Part shown: one piece after another, positions 51,741 to 63,560 of the stretch | Numbering within the stretch: the stretch's first letter is position 1 | Layout of the letters: the number at the start of each line of letters is the position of its first letter | Source of the DNA: Somniosus microcephalus | Lineage: Eukaryota | Reading direction: 5' to 3' | Assembly (NCBI GenBank): GCA_052327205.1 | Contig: CM126235.1 | Span: 1,612,001-1,676,000 of the forward strand | Length of the DNA: 64,000 nucleotides | Notes under the pieces: model-generated | What the model was told of the DNA's origin: nothing | The model's input: only the letters and a program-made list of their open reading frames with translations | The model's database searches: none | Translations under genes and position numbers: made by a program

Positions 51741-52709
51741 GAAGATGCTGCAGAGATCAAGTTTGTTGCTGAAAGCGCTACTTCCAGAGCTTTGCTTCGA
51801 ATTAAAGAATTGCCAGTTAAAATTGTGAAACCCTTGAGAGAGAAGATTGACATGGAGAAACATCGTGTCATTTTCGAATGCAAGGTTTCCAGGTCAAATG
51901 CTGCTGTCAAGTGGTATTACAAAGACAAAGAGATTCATCCCAGTAATAAATATGAGATTGTGAGTGAAGATGTGTACAGGAAGCTCGTTATTAATAATGT
52001 CGCTTTTGAAGATGAAGGCAACTACATGTGCGACGCCATAGATGACCAAAGCACAGCAAAGTTATATGTAGAAGAGCAATCAATTGCCATCATTAAACCC
52101 ATATGTGATGTGGAAGTGTCAGAGCCAAGTGACGCCATTTTTGAGTGTGAGCTTTCAGTTGCTGACGTGAAGTCTCCAAAATGGATACTAAATGGTGAAA
52201 TTCTTCATGCTTCTGAAGATGTGGACATTGAGCATCGTGGCACTATTCATCATCTCACTCTGAAAAAAACAACTTGTAAGATGACCGGCTTGCTGCAGTT
52301 TATTGCAGGGAAATCAAAATCTGAGGCAAGGCTGACTATTAAAGAGCCTCCGTCAAAGGTAGTCAAAGAACTACAGAACATTACAGTGGAAGAGAAGCAT
52401 TCTGCTACTTTGAGCTGTGAGTTTACACTTACTCCCAAGATGGTCAGATGGTACAAAGATCAGAGCTTAATCGAATCTTCTGACCGTTACAAATTTAAAC
52501 AAAATAAGAATGTGATAGAACTTACCATTACAAATCTCACACCCAAAGACTCTGGTGAATATAGCTGCAAATCAAGTAATGCACAGACAGCAGCCACACT
52601 CACAGTTGAAGCTCCAAAAATAGAAATAATAAACCATTTGGAGGACGTAGATACTGAGGAGGACAGCAATCTAGTATATTCATGTGAGTTGTCCCATGAT
52701 GATGAAGAT
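51738..52709 (+). pseudogene. OBSCN: Captured intronless obscurin segment (3 complete and 2 partial Ig-I domains)
   Basis: EIKFVAE..KELPVKIVKPLREKIDMEKHRVIFEC..YRKL..VEEQSI..MTG..GKSKSEARL..LSCEF..SCELSHDDE is colinear with obscurin as recalled (EIQFVAE..KELPV..RDKIAMEKHRGVLEC..EEQSI..SCELSHEDE). Confidence 0.88.
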
Positions 52710-54599
52710 GATGACTCATCTGAACCATTATCACCATTTCCAGGTCATGCACGTGGTCCCTCTGAACTGAGCCAAATCAGTCTGGAAGTAGGAAAACTTC
52801 CCAAGGTACTCGAGCCTTTAGAAGTCAGCAAGGCTGGTTCTGAAGTTACGAAAGTTCAAGCTGTTAAGTCCAGTGAAGGACTATTGGATGAGTCACCCCA
52901 GCAACGTGAACCTACTACACCACCGAGAACTACTACACCACCGAGGCGTTATCCGGACCGAGTCAGGAAGCGCAGGCGGCGCCTCCGTAGAGACTGAATC
53001 TGTGAACTGTTTTCCGCAGAGACTGAATCTGTGAACTGTTTCCCGCAGAGACTGAATCTGTGAACTGTTTTTACATGAAGTTGGGTATATATGTTATGAT
53101 GTTATGTTTAATGGGGAATAGGTATATTGTAAGCTAAAAAGGGAGGATTGTAGTGCATGTAACCGTTCCACCTTTAAGAGAACTATTGTATGTAACCGTT
53201 CCACCTTTAAGAGAACTATTTTAAGAGTTGCACTACTTTATCTTGGCTGCTGTATACTGTAATACCGGCGGTGACCACACCGGTATATAAGTACTGTGTA
53301 ATGATTTATTGGGCAGTTCCGCCCTGACCTTCAACTAGTAAAGTCCTGTTAAAGTTTACTCTTGTGGTCTGTGTAGTAATTCTCAATATAACACACAGAC
53401 TTAACAGTGAGCTGCTTTCTTGAACCACTGCAGTCCGTGTGGTGAAGGAGCTCCCACAGTGCTGTTGGGGGGGGGGGGAGTTCCAGGATTTTGACCCAGC
53501 GACGATGAAGGAACAGCAATATATTTCCAAGTCAGGATGGTGTGTGACTTGGAGAGGAACTTGGAGGTGGTGGTGTTCCCATGCACCTGCTGCCCTTGTC
53601 CTTCTAGGTGGAAGAGGTCGCGGGTTTGGCAGGTGTTGTTGAAGAAGCCTTGGCGAGTTGCTGCAGTGCATCTTGTAGATGGTACACACTGCAGCCACGG
53701 TACGCTGGTGGTGGAGGAAGTGAATGTTTAAGGTGGTGGATGGGGTGCCAATCAAGCGGGCTGTTTTGTCCTGGATGGTGTCAAGCTTCTTGAGTGTTGT
53801 TGGAGCTGCACTCATCTAGGCAAGTGGAGCGTATTCCATCACACTCCTTACTTGTGCCTTGTAGATGGTGGAAAGGCTTTGGGGAATCAGGAGGCGAGAC
53901 CCTCATTGCAGAATACCCAGCCTCTGACTAGCCACAGTATTTATGTGACTAGTCCAGTTAAGTTTCTGGTCAATGGTGACCCCCCAGGATATCGATGGTG
54001 CGGGATTCAGTGATGGTAATGCTGTTGAATGTCAAGGGGTGGTGGTTAGACACTCGCTTGTTGGAGATAGTCATTGCCTGGCACTTGTGTGGCTTGAATG
54101 TTGTCCAGATCTTGTTACATGCGGGCATGGACTGCTTCATTATCTGAGGAGTTGTGAATGGCGCTGAACACTGTGCAGTCATCAGCAAACATCCCCACAT
54201 CTGACCTTATGATGGAGTGAAGGTCATTGATGAAGCAGCTGAACATGATTGGGCCTAGGACACTGCCCTGAGGAACTCCTGCTGCGATGTCCTGGGACTG
54301 AGATGATTGGCCTCCAACAACCACAACCATCTTCCTTTGCGCTAGGCATGACTCCAGCCAGTGGAGAGTTTTCTCCCCCGCTTCCCAATGACTTTAATTT
54401 TACTAGGGCTCCTTGATGTCACCCTCAGTCAAATGCTGTCTTGATGTTAAGGGCAGTCACTCTCACCTCACCTCTGGAATTCAGCTCCATTGTCCTTGTT
54501 TGGACCAAGGCTGTAATGAGGTCTGGAGCCAGTGATGTAGTTGGGCTTTCATTGAACTTTATTACACATTAACTCTGTTAATCAGTGCCTTAGAATAAT

Positions 54600-56495
54600 T
54601 GCAAAGTTGGAAATGTAGTAAACAGTGAGGAGGACAGTAACAGACTTCAGGAGGATGTAGACAGGCTGGTGAAATGGGCAGACACATGGCAGATGAATTT
54701 TAATACAAAGAAGTGTGAAGTGATGCATTTTGGAAGGAAGAATGAGGAGAGACAATATAAACTAAATGGTGCAATTTTGAAGGGGGTGCAGGAACAGAGA
54801 GACCTGGGGGTGTGCATACGCTAATCTTTGAAGGTGGCGGGACAAGTTGAGAAGGGAGTTAAAAAGCACACGGGGTCCTTGGCTTTATAAATAGAGGCAG
54901 AGGGCTCGAATTTCCAAGCCCCGTGGAGGCGGGTTTGGAGGCGGGAAAATTGCAGAATCGGGTGGCAGGAATCCATCCCGCCCCAACCCGCCTCCATGCC
55001 AATGTCCCAGGAGGCGGGTACCCGACCTGTGCTGGGAGCCGCCTCCCCGAGGCGGGAAGGGGATTAGTGCCAATTAACTGCCTGTTAACAGGTAGTTAAC
55101 AGGCAGTTTTTTGCCTAATCCCTATTTTTAGCCCTGAAGTGTGGGCTTCCCGACGGCTCCGAACCATGCCAAGTTAGCGAGGTGGACCGTCGGTCTGCAG
55201 GGGTTGGAGGGGTCGAGATGTCCGTTGTGCAGGTGAGTGATGGGTGCATGTGTGCAGAGGTAAGTGTGTGAAGTAAGTGTAAAGCATTTTAATAAGTTTT
55301 AATGATAGGAAACTTTGTGTTATCCGGAGGCTAAATGTCCGACAAGCTCGAGCCACCGGCAAAAATCAGGAGCCGTTTTGTTAGGTTTTTTTTCTTCTCG
55401 TGGTTTTTTTTCAACAGTCGGGCTCTGCAAAGTCTCTCTGAAGCTGTTGCTAAGCGACAGAGACGCTTCCAAGGTACGGCCGACTGTTTAGAATGCTTCA
55501 ACATTAACGCTGGTTTGTCCGGCAGTTTTGAGGGAACGGCAACAGCTCGGTCCCGTCGGTGCCGGATAGCACAAAGCTTCCTGTACCTTTACTTTCTCCT
55601 GCAGACTTCCTTCCTTCAGTTCTCAGGAGTCCCTCAGTTCACCGGCACAGAAAGCAGAATGGCCGCTGAACTGTCAAAAGCTGCAGCCTCTGCTTTCTGT
55701 TCTGGAGAGCTCTCTAACTAAGTCTGAGTAGAAGGACTCAAGTTAGAAGACAGATTGTCAGTGTTTGACAGCTTCACAGAGCTGCCAAACGCTGGTTTTT
55801 CATCTGTCAAATGCTCTTGACAGATGAAATGTCAATCGCTGACATCACCAGTAACAAGGTATCCCTTAATTGGCCTGCTGAGCCCGCTGGGCGGGCTTAA
55901 CAAGGTCAATCAAGGGAAAGTAGCATGGGTTGGCCACAAGTTGATGGAGGCGGGACTACAACCCAAAAAGTGGGAGTCCCGCCTCCATCACGTCCCCATT
56001 GACAAAATCCAGCCCATAGAGTACAAAAGCAAGGAAGTTATGCTAAACCTTTATAAATCACTGGTTAGGCCTCAGCTGGAGTATTGTGTCCAATTCTGGG
56101 CATCGCACTTTAGGAAGAGTATCAAGGCCTTGGAGAGGGTGCGGAGGAGATTTGCTAGAATGGTCACAGGGATAAGGGAAACTTCAGATATGTGGGGAGA
56201 CTGGAGAAGCTGGAGTTGCTCTCCTCGGAGCAGAGAAGTTTAAGGGGAGATTTGACAGAGGTGTTCAAAATTATGAAAGATTTTGATCGCGTAAATAAGG
56301 AGAAACTGTTTCCATTGGCAGGTAAGCCAGTAACCAGAGGACACAGATTTAAGATTATTGGCTAAAGAACCAGGAGCGAGTTGTTGTGATCTGGAATGCA
56401 CTGTGAAACGGCATTGGAAGCAGATTCAATAGTAACTTTCAGAAGGGAATTGAATAAATACTGGAAAAGGAAATAATTGCAGGGCCATGAGCAGG
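54600..56495 (+). mobile_element. CR1 3' fragment split by a Harbinger MITE
   Basis: ataaatagaggc before 54902 continues as atagagtacaaaagc after 56015 (INRGIEYKSKEV). Confidence 0.85.
54902..56015. mobile_element. Non-autonomous Harbinger-type element
   Basis: Ends gggctcgaattt...aaaatccagccc; 3-bp flanks aga/ata; right part is the reverse complement of 8346-8600. Confidence 0.8.
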
Positions 56496-57431
56496 AGATG
56501 TGTAATTTTCAACAACAATACAAAGAACTACAAGGAGGAAGAGGATGTGCCAATTATTCTGGTATCAAATGCATGATCCTTAGTACAAGCTCCAACAATC
56601 CAGACGAGATCAGATTGGACAAGAATCAACCTATTCTTGTATTACTTTAGTGTGTTAACATGCCAGGATATCTCAAAGTGCTTCAACAATGATTTATTCT
56701 GTAGCACTGTGACTAATGGAGAAAAATATATCAAGCACTTGGCCGAGCTGAATCAACAAACAGCAACCAGATGACAAGCAGTTCATTTGCTTTTTCTGAT
56801 GGTATTGGTTGAGGAGCAAATGTTGGCCATCACAGCAGGAGAACACTGCTCATTAATGGCCAGCTAAACCCCAACAACAGGCAGTCGATCTTAATTCAAC
56901 ATCTCACCTGAAGGACTGCACCTCCAAAAACGCAGCACACCCTCAGAACGGCACTGCGGTGTCAGCCTAGATTACGCACCCCAAAACCGTCAAACCCACA
57001 ATTCTGACTAAGGGTGGGTCTGATACCAACACACAGCAGTGTATCACTGGCACACTGCCTTAACATGTGATCCTGTAAGGGTTTGACCTAAATTGGATAT
57101 TGAATGCCCTACATTCTTTAAGTACTTGCAAGCATTTCCCCAATTTTATTTAAATATGTTAACTGAATAATTGTGCAATGCCTCTGTAATTTTTTCACAT
57201 AATTAATTCAGCTTTTAGACTGCCAACTTGATTAACAAATATCTTTCTCCTCATTGAGTGCTTTCTCAATCTCTTTTTATCTTTAAGCATAGTTTTCTGT
57301 CCTATGCTGTATCACTATCATTACTCAGTATCGCTCCGTCTCTCTCCCTTACAAGATATAAAGCTTCTCATTGCTCTCTGTCCTTTTGTATTTCTATATT
57401 TATCTTTCCTATTTAGTTATCGAGTTACATT

Positions 57432-59960
57432 GAGTTACATCAAGTCTACAGCACAGTAACAGGCCATTCGGCCCAACTGGTCCGTGCCGGTGTGTATGCT
57501 CCACATGAGCCTCCTCCTACCCTCTTCATCTCGCCCTATCAGCATAGTCTTCTATTCCCTTCTCCCTCCTGTGTTTATCTAGCTTCCCCTTAAATGCCTC
57601 TCTGCTATTCGCCTCAACCACTCCCTGTGGTAGCGAGTTCCACATTCTCATCACTCTCTGGGTAAAGAAGTTTCTCCTGAATTCCCCATTGGATTTATTA
57701 GTGACTGTCTTATATTGATGGCTCCTAGTTCTGGTCTCCCCCACAAGTGGAAATATTTTCTCCACATCTACCCTATCGAACCCTTTCATAATCTTAAAGA
57801 CCTCGATCAGGTCACCCCTCAGCCTTCTCTTTTCTAGAGAAAAGAGCCTCTTCAGTCTTTCCTGATAGTTATAACCTCTCAGTTCTGGTATCACCCTTGT
57901 GAATATTCTTTGCACCTTCTCCAGTGCCTCTATATCCTTTTTATAATATGGAGACCAGAACTGTGCCCAGTGCTCCGAGTGTGGTCTAACCAAGGTATAT
58001 GGAGACCAGAACTGTGCCCAGTGCTCCGAGTGTGGTCTAACCAAGGTATATGGAGACCAGAACTGTGCCCAGTGCTCCGAGTGTGGTCTAACCAAGGTAT
58101 ATGGAGACCAGGACTGTGCCCAGTGCTCCGAGTGTGGTCTAACCAAGGTATATGGAGACCAGGACTGTGCCCAATGCTCCGAGTGTGGTCTAACCAAGGT
58201 ATATGGAGACCAAGACTGTGCCCAGTGCTCCGAGTGTGGTCTAACCAAGGTATATGGAGACCAGGACTGTGCCCAGTGCTCCGAGTGTGGTCTAACCAAG
58301 GTATATGGAGACCAGGACTGTGCCCAGTGCTCCGAGTGTGGTCTAACCAAGGTCCTATACAAGTTTAACATAACTTTGCTGCTTTTCAATTCTATCCCTG
58401 TAGAAACACACCCCAGTGTTTGGTTTGGTGTTTTATGGCCTATTTTTAGTGATCTGTGTATCTGCGCCCCCAGATTCCTCTGTCCCATTTAGACTCTGGT
58501 TATCCAAGGAGTATGTGGCCTCCTTATTCTTCCCACCAAAATGCATCGCCTCACACTTAACTATATTTCAATTCCTTTGCTAATTAAACATCCATTCTGC
58601 AAGTTTATTAAGGTCTTTCTGTATTTTGTCACAATCTTCCTTTGTATTAACTACACCTCCCAATTTGGTGTTGTTCGCAAATTTAGAAATTGTATTTCCG
58701 ATTCCTGAGACCAAATCATTTATGTAAATTGTGAACAACAGCGGTCCCAGCGCCGATCCCTGTGGGACACCACTTCCCACCATTTGCCAGTCTGAGCAGC
58801 TGCCCTTAACCCCCACTCTCTGTTTCCTGTTTTGTAGCCAGCTTGCTATCCATTCTGCTACTTGTCCCCTGGCTCCACATGTTCTGACCTTAGTCATGAG
58901 TTTACTATGCGGTACCTTATCGAAGGCATTTTGAAAATGTATTACATCTACTTCATTACCCTTGTCTACACTTTCTGTTACTTCTTCAAAGAATTCAATA
59001 AGGTTGGTCAAGCCTGACCTTCCCTTTTGGACTCCGTGCTGACTACTCTTTCTTATATTTTTGGTTTCTAGATGTTTTCATTATCTTTCCTATTACCGAC
59101 ATTAAGCTAACTAGTCTATAGTTCCTTGGACTTGTTCTGTCTCCCTTTTTAAATATAGGAATCACATTAGCTGTCCGCCAGTCCTCTGGCACTATTCCCT
59201 TTTCTAATGAATTGTTATATATGTGTAACAGTGCCTCTGCTATGTCTTCCCTAGCTTCTTTTAATATGCGTGGATGCAATCCATCCGGACCAGGGGTTTT
59301 ATCCTTTCTATGTTTGATCAATAATTGCCCCCCTTTCCATCTTAAATGTCTTTATATCGTTTTTGATCTCTTCTAATGTCATATCCCTCATGTTAGTCTC
59401 CCTGGTAAATACTGAGGCAAGGTAATTATTTCATCTTTCTGCTGTTTCGCCATCATTACCTGTGAGTTTATCGGGTGAATCCCTTCGTGGCCCTATCCCT
59501 ATCATGATTTTCCTGTTATTATTTATCTGTCTGTAGAATGCTATTACTCTTTATATTCCTTGATAATTTAATTTCGTAGTTCTGCTTTGCTTTCCTAATT
59601 GTGTTTTTGACTTCTTTACTAACCTCTTCATATTCCCTTTTGTCATCCTCTCCTTTATTGTCTATGTACTCAGCATCTGCCTTTTTCTTTAGTTTCAGTT
59701 TTACCCTTATCTCTTTATTCATCCATGGTGTTTCATGATTGAATAGCTTGCTCTTGTTTTTTAATGGAATATATTTCTCCTGATCTCTCTTGATCACCGT
59801 ATTAAATATTTCCCACTGCTGTTCTGTCTCTTTGTCTGTCCATTTTATCTTCCCTCATTCCATTCTCAACCCCACAAAATCTGCTTTTTCCAATCGATTA
59901 CTTTGGTCTCTGTCTTACTTCTGTCTTTCTCAATCATTACTTTAAAACATTGTCATGTTA
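57432..59960 (-). mobile_element. CR1 LINE, about 2.5 kb, disabled
   Basis: ORFs 59043..59321 (PGPDGLHPRILKE), 58580..59011 and 57526..58488. Confidence 0.9.
57946..58353. repeat. 8 x 51-bp tandem repeat inside CR1 ORF2
   Basis: Encodes (TLVRPHSEHWAQ[S/F]WSPY) x8 in frame on the minus strand. Confidence 0.95.
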
Positions 59961-60400
59961 TGAGCTTTGTCCCTCTTGCTCTCATCTATTCTAATTGGCT
60001 TTGCACCTCTATCGATCTATAGATATGTATAAATAAGTTATGACTGATTTCAATCTAAGTGCAAACCAACCAACTATCTCACCCTCCCAAAGTAGCTCCT
60101 TCACACAGTGACGTTTTACACTTTCCCTCAAATGTTCTCTGCTCCTCTCTGCAAGTTGCTGATCGGGGGTCCCTGGATTTCCGGTACCTCTTACACTCTC
60201 CAGGTGTGAGCCGAGAGAGTGAACGTCAATGGCGTATTTGGCCATGGAGGGGATCACATTCTAATCCTATCCTCACCCAATGAGGGTGGGAGAGGGGAAC
60301 TGAGTAACAATCTGATTTTTCACTTGTGTAGCCCTTGGGCACTGAGGCCTCGCAACTGCCACATCAGTTAAGACAGGGGATTATAGCTGGGAGATTCTTG

Positions 60401-63400
60401 GGGCTCGATTTTGCCAGGCCCGAGGAGGCGAGATTGGAGGCGTGTGAGTTGTTAAAATCGCAAAAAATGGCGGGCGGGCCCGATCCTGCCTCCATCCCGC
60501 CTCTGAGCAATTTTCCCACATGTGAGTTTTCTGACCCCGTTTCCATCCCGCCTCCAAGAGGTGGGATAGGCCCTTAAGGCCCTTAACAACCAGTTAAGTG
60601 CCTCTATAATCCCATTTTGAGAGGCCTTTCTGATTTTAACAGTTTTCCCACGTGCTGCACGCCTCCTCTGGAACACTCCAGTGAATCCTGGCGGCAGCAC
60701 TAGTGGATTGCTTACTAACAACTGCAGCTCCACCATTAAAAAGGAGTTTTCAGCAATGATCACTTGCAGGTGGCAGAACTTTGTTGTCTCAGGCCTGGGG
60801 GAACTTTTAGCAGGCCTACTCATTGTTGTGGGAGTTTGGAGCCTGACACCCATCTCCAGTGTGACCTCCTGGGAAACCCCTCTCCCCACCTTGAATGAGC
60901 GCTTCCTCAACTGAGGTATTTACCAAAAGAATGGGAACCATTTATTTCCTTTCCTCCTGGACATCAGATTCGGACGAAGACCAGCCGCGGCAGCAGCAGA
61001 ACCCTGAACAACAGCAGCACCAACTGCAGGAGCAACAGCAGGAGCTCCAAGCTGCTGCTCACCTACCTGAAGCTGCACAGGCCAGAAGGCGCCAGCTTGC
61101 GACCACATTGCTGCCCGGGATGCAAGGGATGCACTCATCTTGGCCAGATTTGCTTAGCCTGCACAATCAAACACTTTTGCCTCGCACATTCTTATCAGAC
61201 CATCGACAATGGCCAAGAACCTGCGGATTCCTATCACTCTGATCACCATACTGACAATTGCAAGTTGCCCTAAGCCCTCAATGTGGAAGTCCCATTTGCG
61301 AAATGACACATGCCACAACTGCAACAGTTTGCCATTAGAATTTTTTATGACAATAAGCAAGTGATGGCATTTTAAAAATAAACACAACATTACACCCAAG
61401 TGACTACCCTTGTGACTACTTGTGCATTATCTTCCTCTTACGCGTGCTCCTACGTGGTGCTTCCCCTGTGGCTTCAGCAGATGTGGAGGCCCCTTGCTCA
61501 CTTTCTTGCTTCTCCTGTCTCGGCACCTTTGGCGGGCATCCTCTGGGGTTGCGAACCTGTGAGGGCTCGGCAACAGTCTGCTGCTCCTGCGGCTATGCAG
61601 GGGTTGAGACGCCGATCTCAGTTGGGTGGGGACTCTGGTGGGGCTCTGACCAACGGCTTTGCAGTGGCATGGTCATGTGAGCGCTTGGAGAGGAGCCCCC
61701 ACTTCCTTGCTGTCTGCCACCAACATCCCTCTCATGGGTCAGCCCCACTTCAGAGCTAGCAAGTGGCTTGACAGCACCTTGCTGCACTTCAGGGGGGCCA
61801 TGAGGACCCATTTCTGTACTGGAAGTCCTACTCCCGAGGACTTGCCTGAAGGTCTGGTTTCTCTGCTCAATAGCTGACCATCGCTCCTCAAGAGATGTCA
61901 GTCTTTTCTGAACAACGACCATGTTTTCACGACCCTGGCGACTAAGCTCCTCCATGGCCGTAGCCATCCTCTCCTCTACCGTAGCCATCCTCTCCTCTAC
62001 CGTAGCCATCCTCTCCTCTACCGTAGCCATCCTCTCCTCTACCGTAGCCATCCTTTCCACGGAGGTTGCCATCCTTTCCGTGGTGATGCGTTCATGCACC
62101 AATGCCTCCACAAAGACTCTGCTCATGTTAGCGATGGATTCTTCCATTCGCTCCACAGTCGCAGCGACCCTGGAGACAAAACCTGCCAGAGACTCCTGCA
62201 CCTCTTCCTAGAGTTCCCGCACCGCTCTCCTGGATGGACCCGGAGGCACAGGGTCGACATGCAGCAGAGCCGAGCTGGCAGAGTCCTGCGCCCTCTGACG
62301 AGGACTCTCCACTGCTGTCCCTGTCTCCACCATCTGCTGATGCTCACTTGTGAGCTGTGATACACCAGGTGACAACTCTACTCTATGGCCTGAAGATCCC
62401 ACCGAGGTGTGAGTGTCGGCGCTGGTGCTGAGTGCACTTAATTCTGCTGACGCAGCGCCCTCAGAGGTTGCAGCTTCCTCTGAAGAGTCTGGAAGCTCAG
62501 GCTCTTCCTCCTGGACAGTGGGGATGGGGGCTGTCGATGGTCCTGTGGGGGAGTAAAGGAAAGAGTTAGAGATGTGAGGTCAAGGTTACATGCACATTGC
62601 AGATGATCATAAGTCAATCTGTTAGAGCATCAGATTCATTATCAGTGACTTATGCAATGTCAATGAGAGAGATGCCAAACTATTCTGTCACCAGCTTGCT
62701 CTGATGAGTCCGCCTGTCCGTCCTCCACTTGGGAATCATCCTCGATCCCGGCAATTTCCAGGGCCGCCTCCTCCCAGGGGGTGAACTGGGCTACTGAGGG
62801 TGGCCCTCCTCCTGTCCTTGCTCTTTCCCTCTTATTGTGGGCTCTCTTTTCCTGCAATGAGGGACACAAGTGGAGTTTGAGTGAGAATGAAGGGGTGAGT
62901 GTAGAGATTCCATAGCATAGATGCTCAGAAGGAGAGAAAGGGCCCTCCCTGTGTGTTGTAAGTTGTTGTCATTGCATCACAGTGATAGGGAGTGTGAGGG
63001 CTGCATGGACGAATAGTTAAGTGAATGTGACCATAGAGAGAGAGGGAATGGGTAAGGGTGCAGGGGTGTCAGTGTCAAGTGGGATGTGGAGGAAGAGGTT
63101 GGCAAAGCTGAGTGCTGGTGAGGAGAGGCGATGGGGATCAGATTGAGGGTGATGGGAAAGTCATACCCACTTTTCCAGTGCGCAGAAAGTCATGAAACCT
63201 CTTCCTGCATTGCAGCCAGGTTCTGCAGAACATAGAGATGGCATTGACCTCCCTGGCCACTTGCAGCCACAGAGCTTTAGTTTGTTGTGGTGGCTTTTTT
63301 CTCCCTGAGGAAGGGACGAGCACCTCCTTATTAGATCTTGCTCCCTCCACCAGAGCTTGGAGGGAGGGCTCATCAAAGCGAGGTGCACACTTTTGCTTGT

Positions 63401-63560
63401 TGGTGGAAATGGTCGGTAAATGAAGTCCTTCATACAATTTCCAAAGCGTTTCCAGTCTCCAGAAGAAGCAAGGCTGCTTGCAGGCCTTAAATCCAGCAGC
63501 ACTGATGACGTCATCGGAGGCGACTTTCAGGGTGGAAAGACTAAGTGGGCCAGGGGTTCC
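60401..63560 (+). mobile_element. Harbinger element with internally deleted transposase
   Basis: Left TIR gggctcgattttgccag; colinear with 39174-41901 but transposase N- and C-termini are joined near 61100; interrupted at 63561 by an LTR element. Confidence 0.88.
61416..63410 (-). pseudogene. Three-exon Harbinger Myb/SANT-like (NAIF1-type) gene
   Basis: Exon ~63410-63171 (APRFDEPSLQALVE..LWLQVAREVNA..RTWLQCRKRFHD), exon 62851-62692 (EKRAHNKRERARTGGGPP), exon from 62542; GT-AG sites present; stop at 62208. Confidence 0.85.

Larger units (their letters stand above)
48615..53406 (+). mobile_element. Non-autonomous Mag-like Gypsy LTR element carrying captured host cDNA
   Basis: LTRs 48615-48839 and 53149-53406 (about 3 substitutions plus a 33-bp duplication), GTGAG TSD, PBS tggcgacgag (tRNA-Ser complement) at 48841, PPT aaaaagggagga at 53136. 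Confidence 0.96.
48535..54530 (-). mobile_element. LINE of the AAHHHLLKGN family, split by the LTR element at 48615-53406
   Basis: gagaaggtggtggtgag (to 48614) continues as ctgctttcttgaacc after 53411; RT motifs GVPQGSVLGP and MFADD at 54170-54290. Confidence 0.9.

Noticed and set aside
51654-52997. A native titin or obscurin gene exon
   Set aside because: It lies between paired LTRs with a TSD, lacks introns between Ig domains and is fused to STK10 and pol pieces; the residues fit obscurin better than titin
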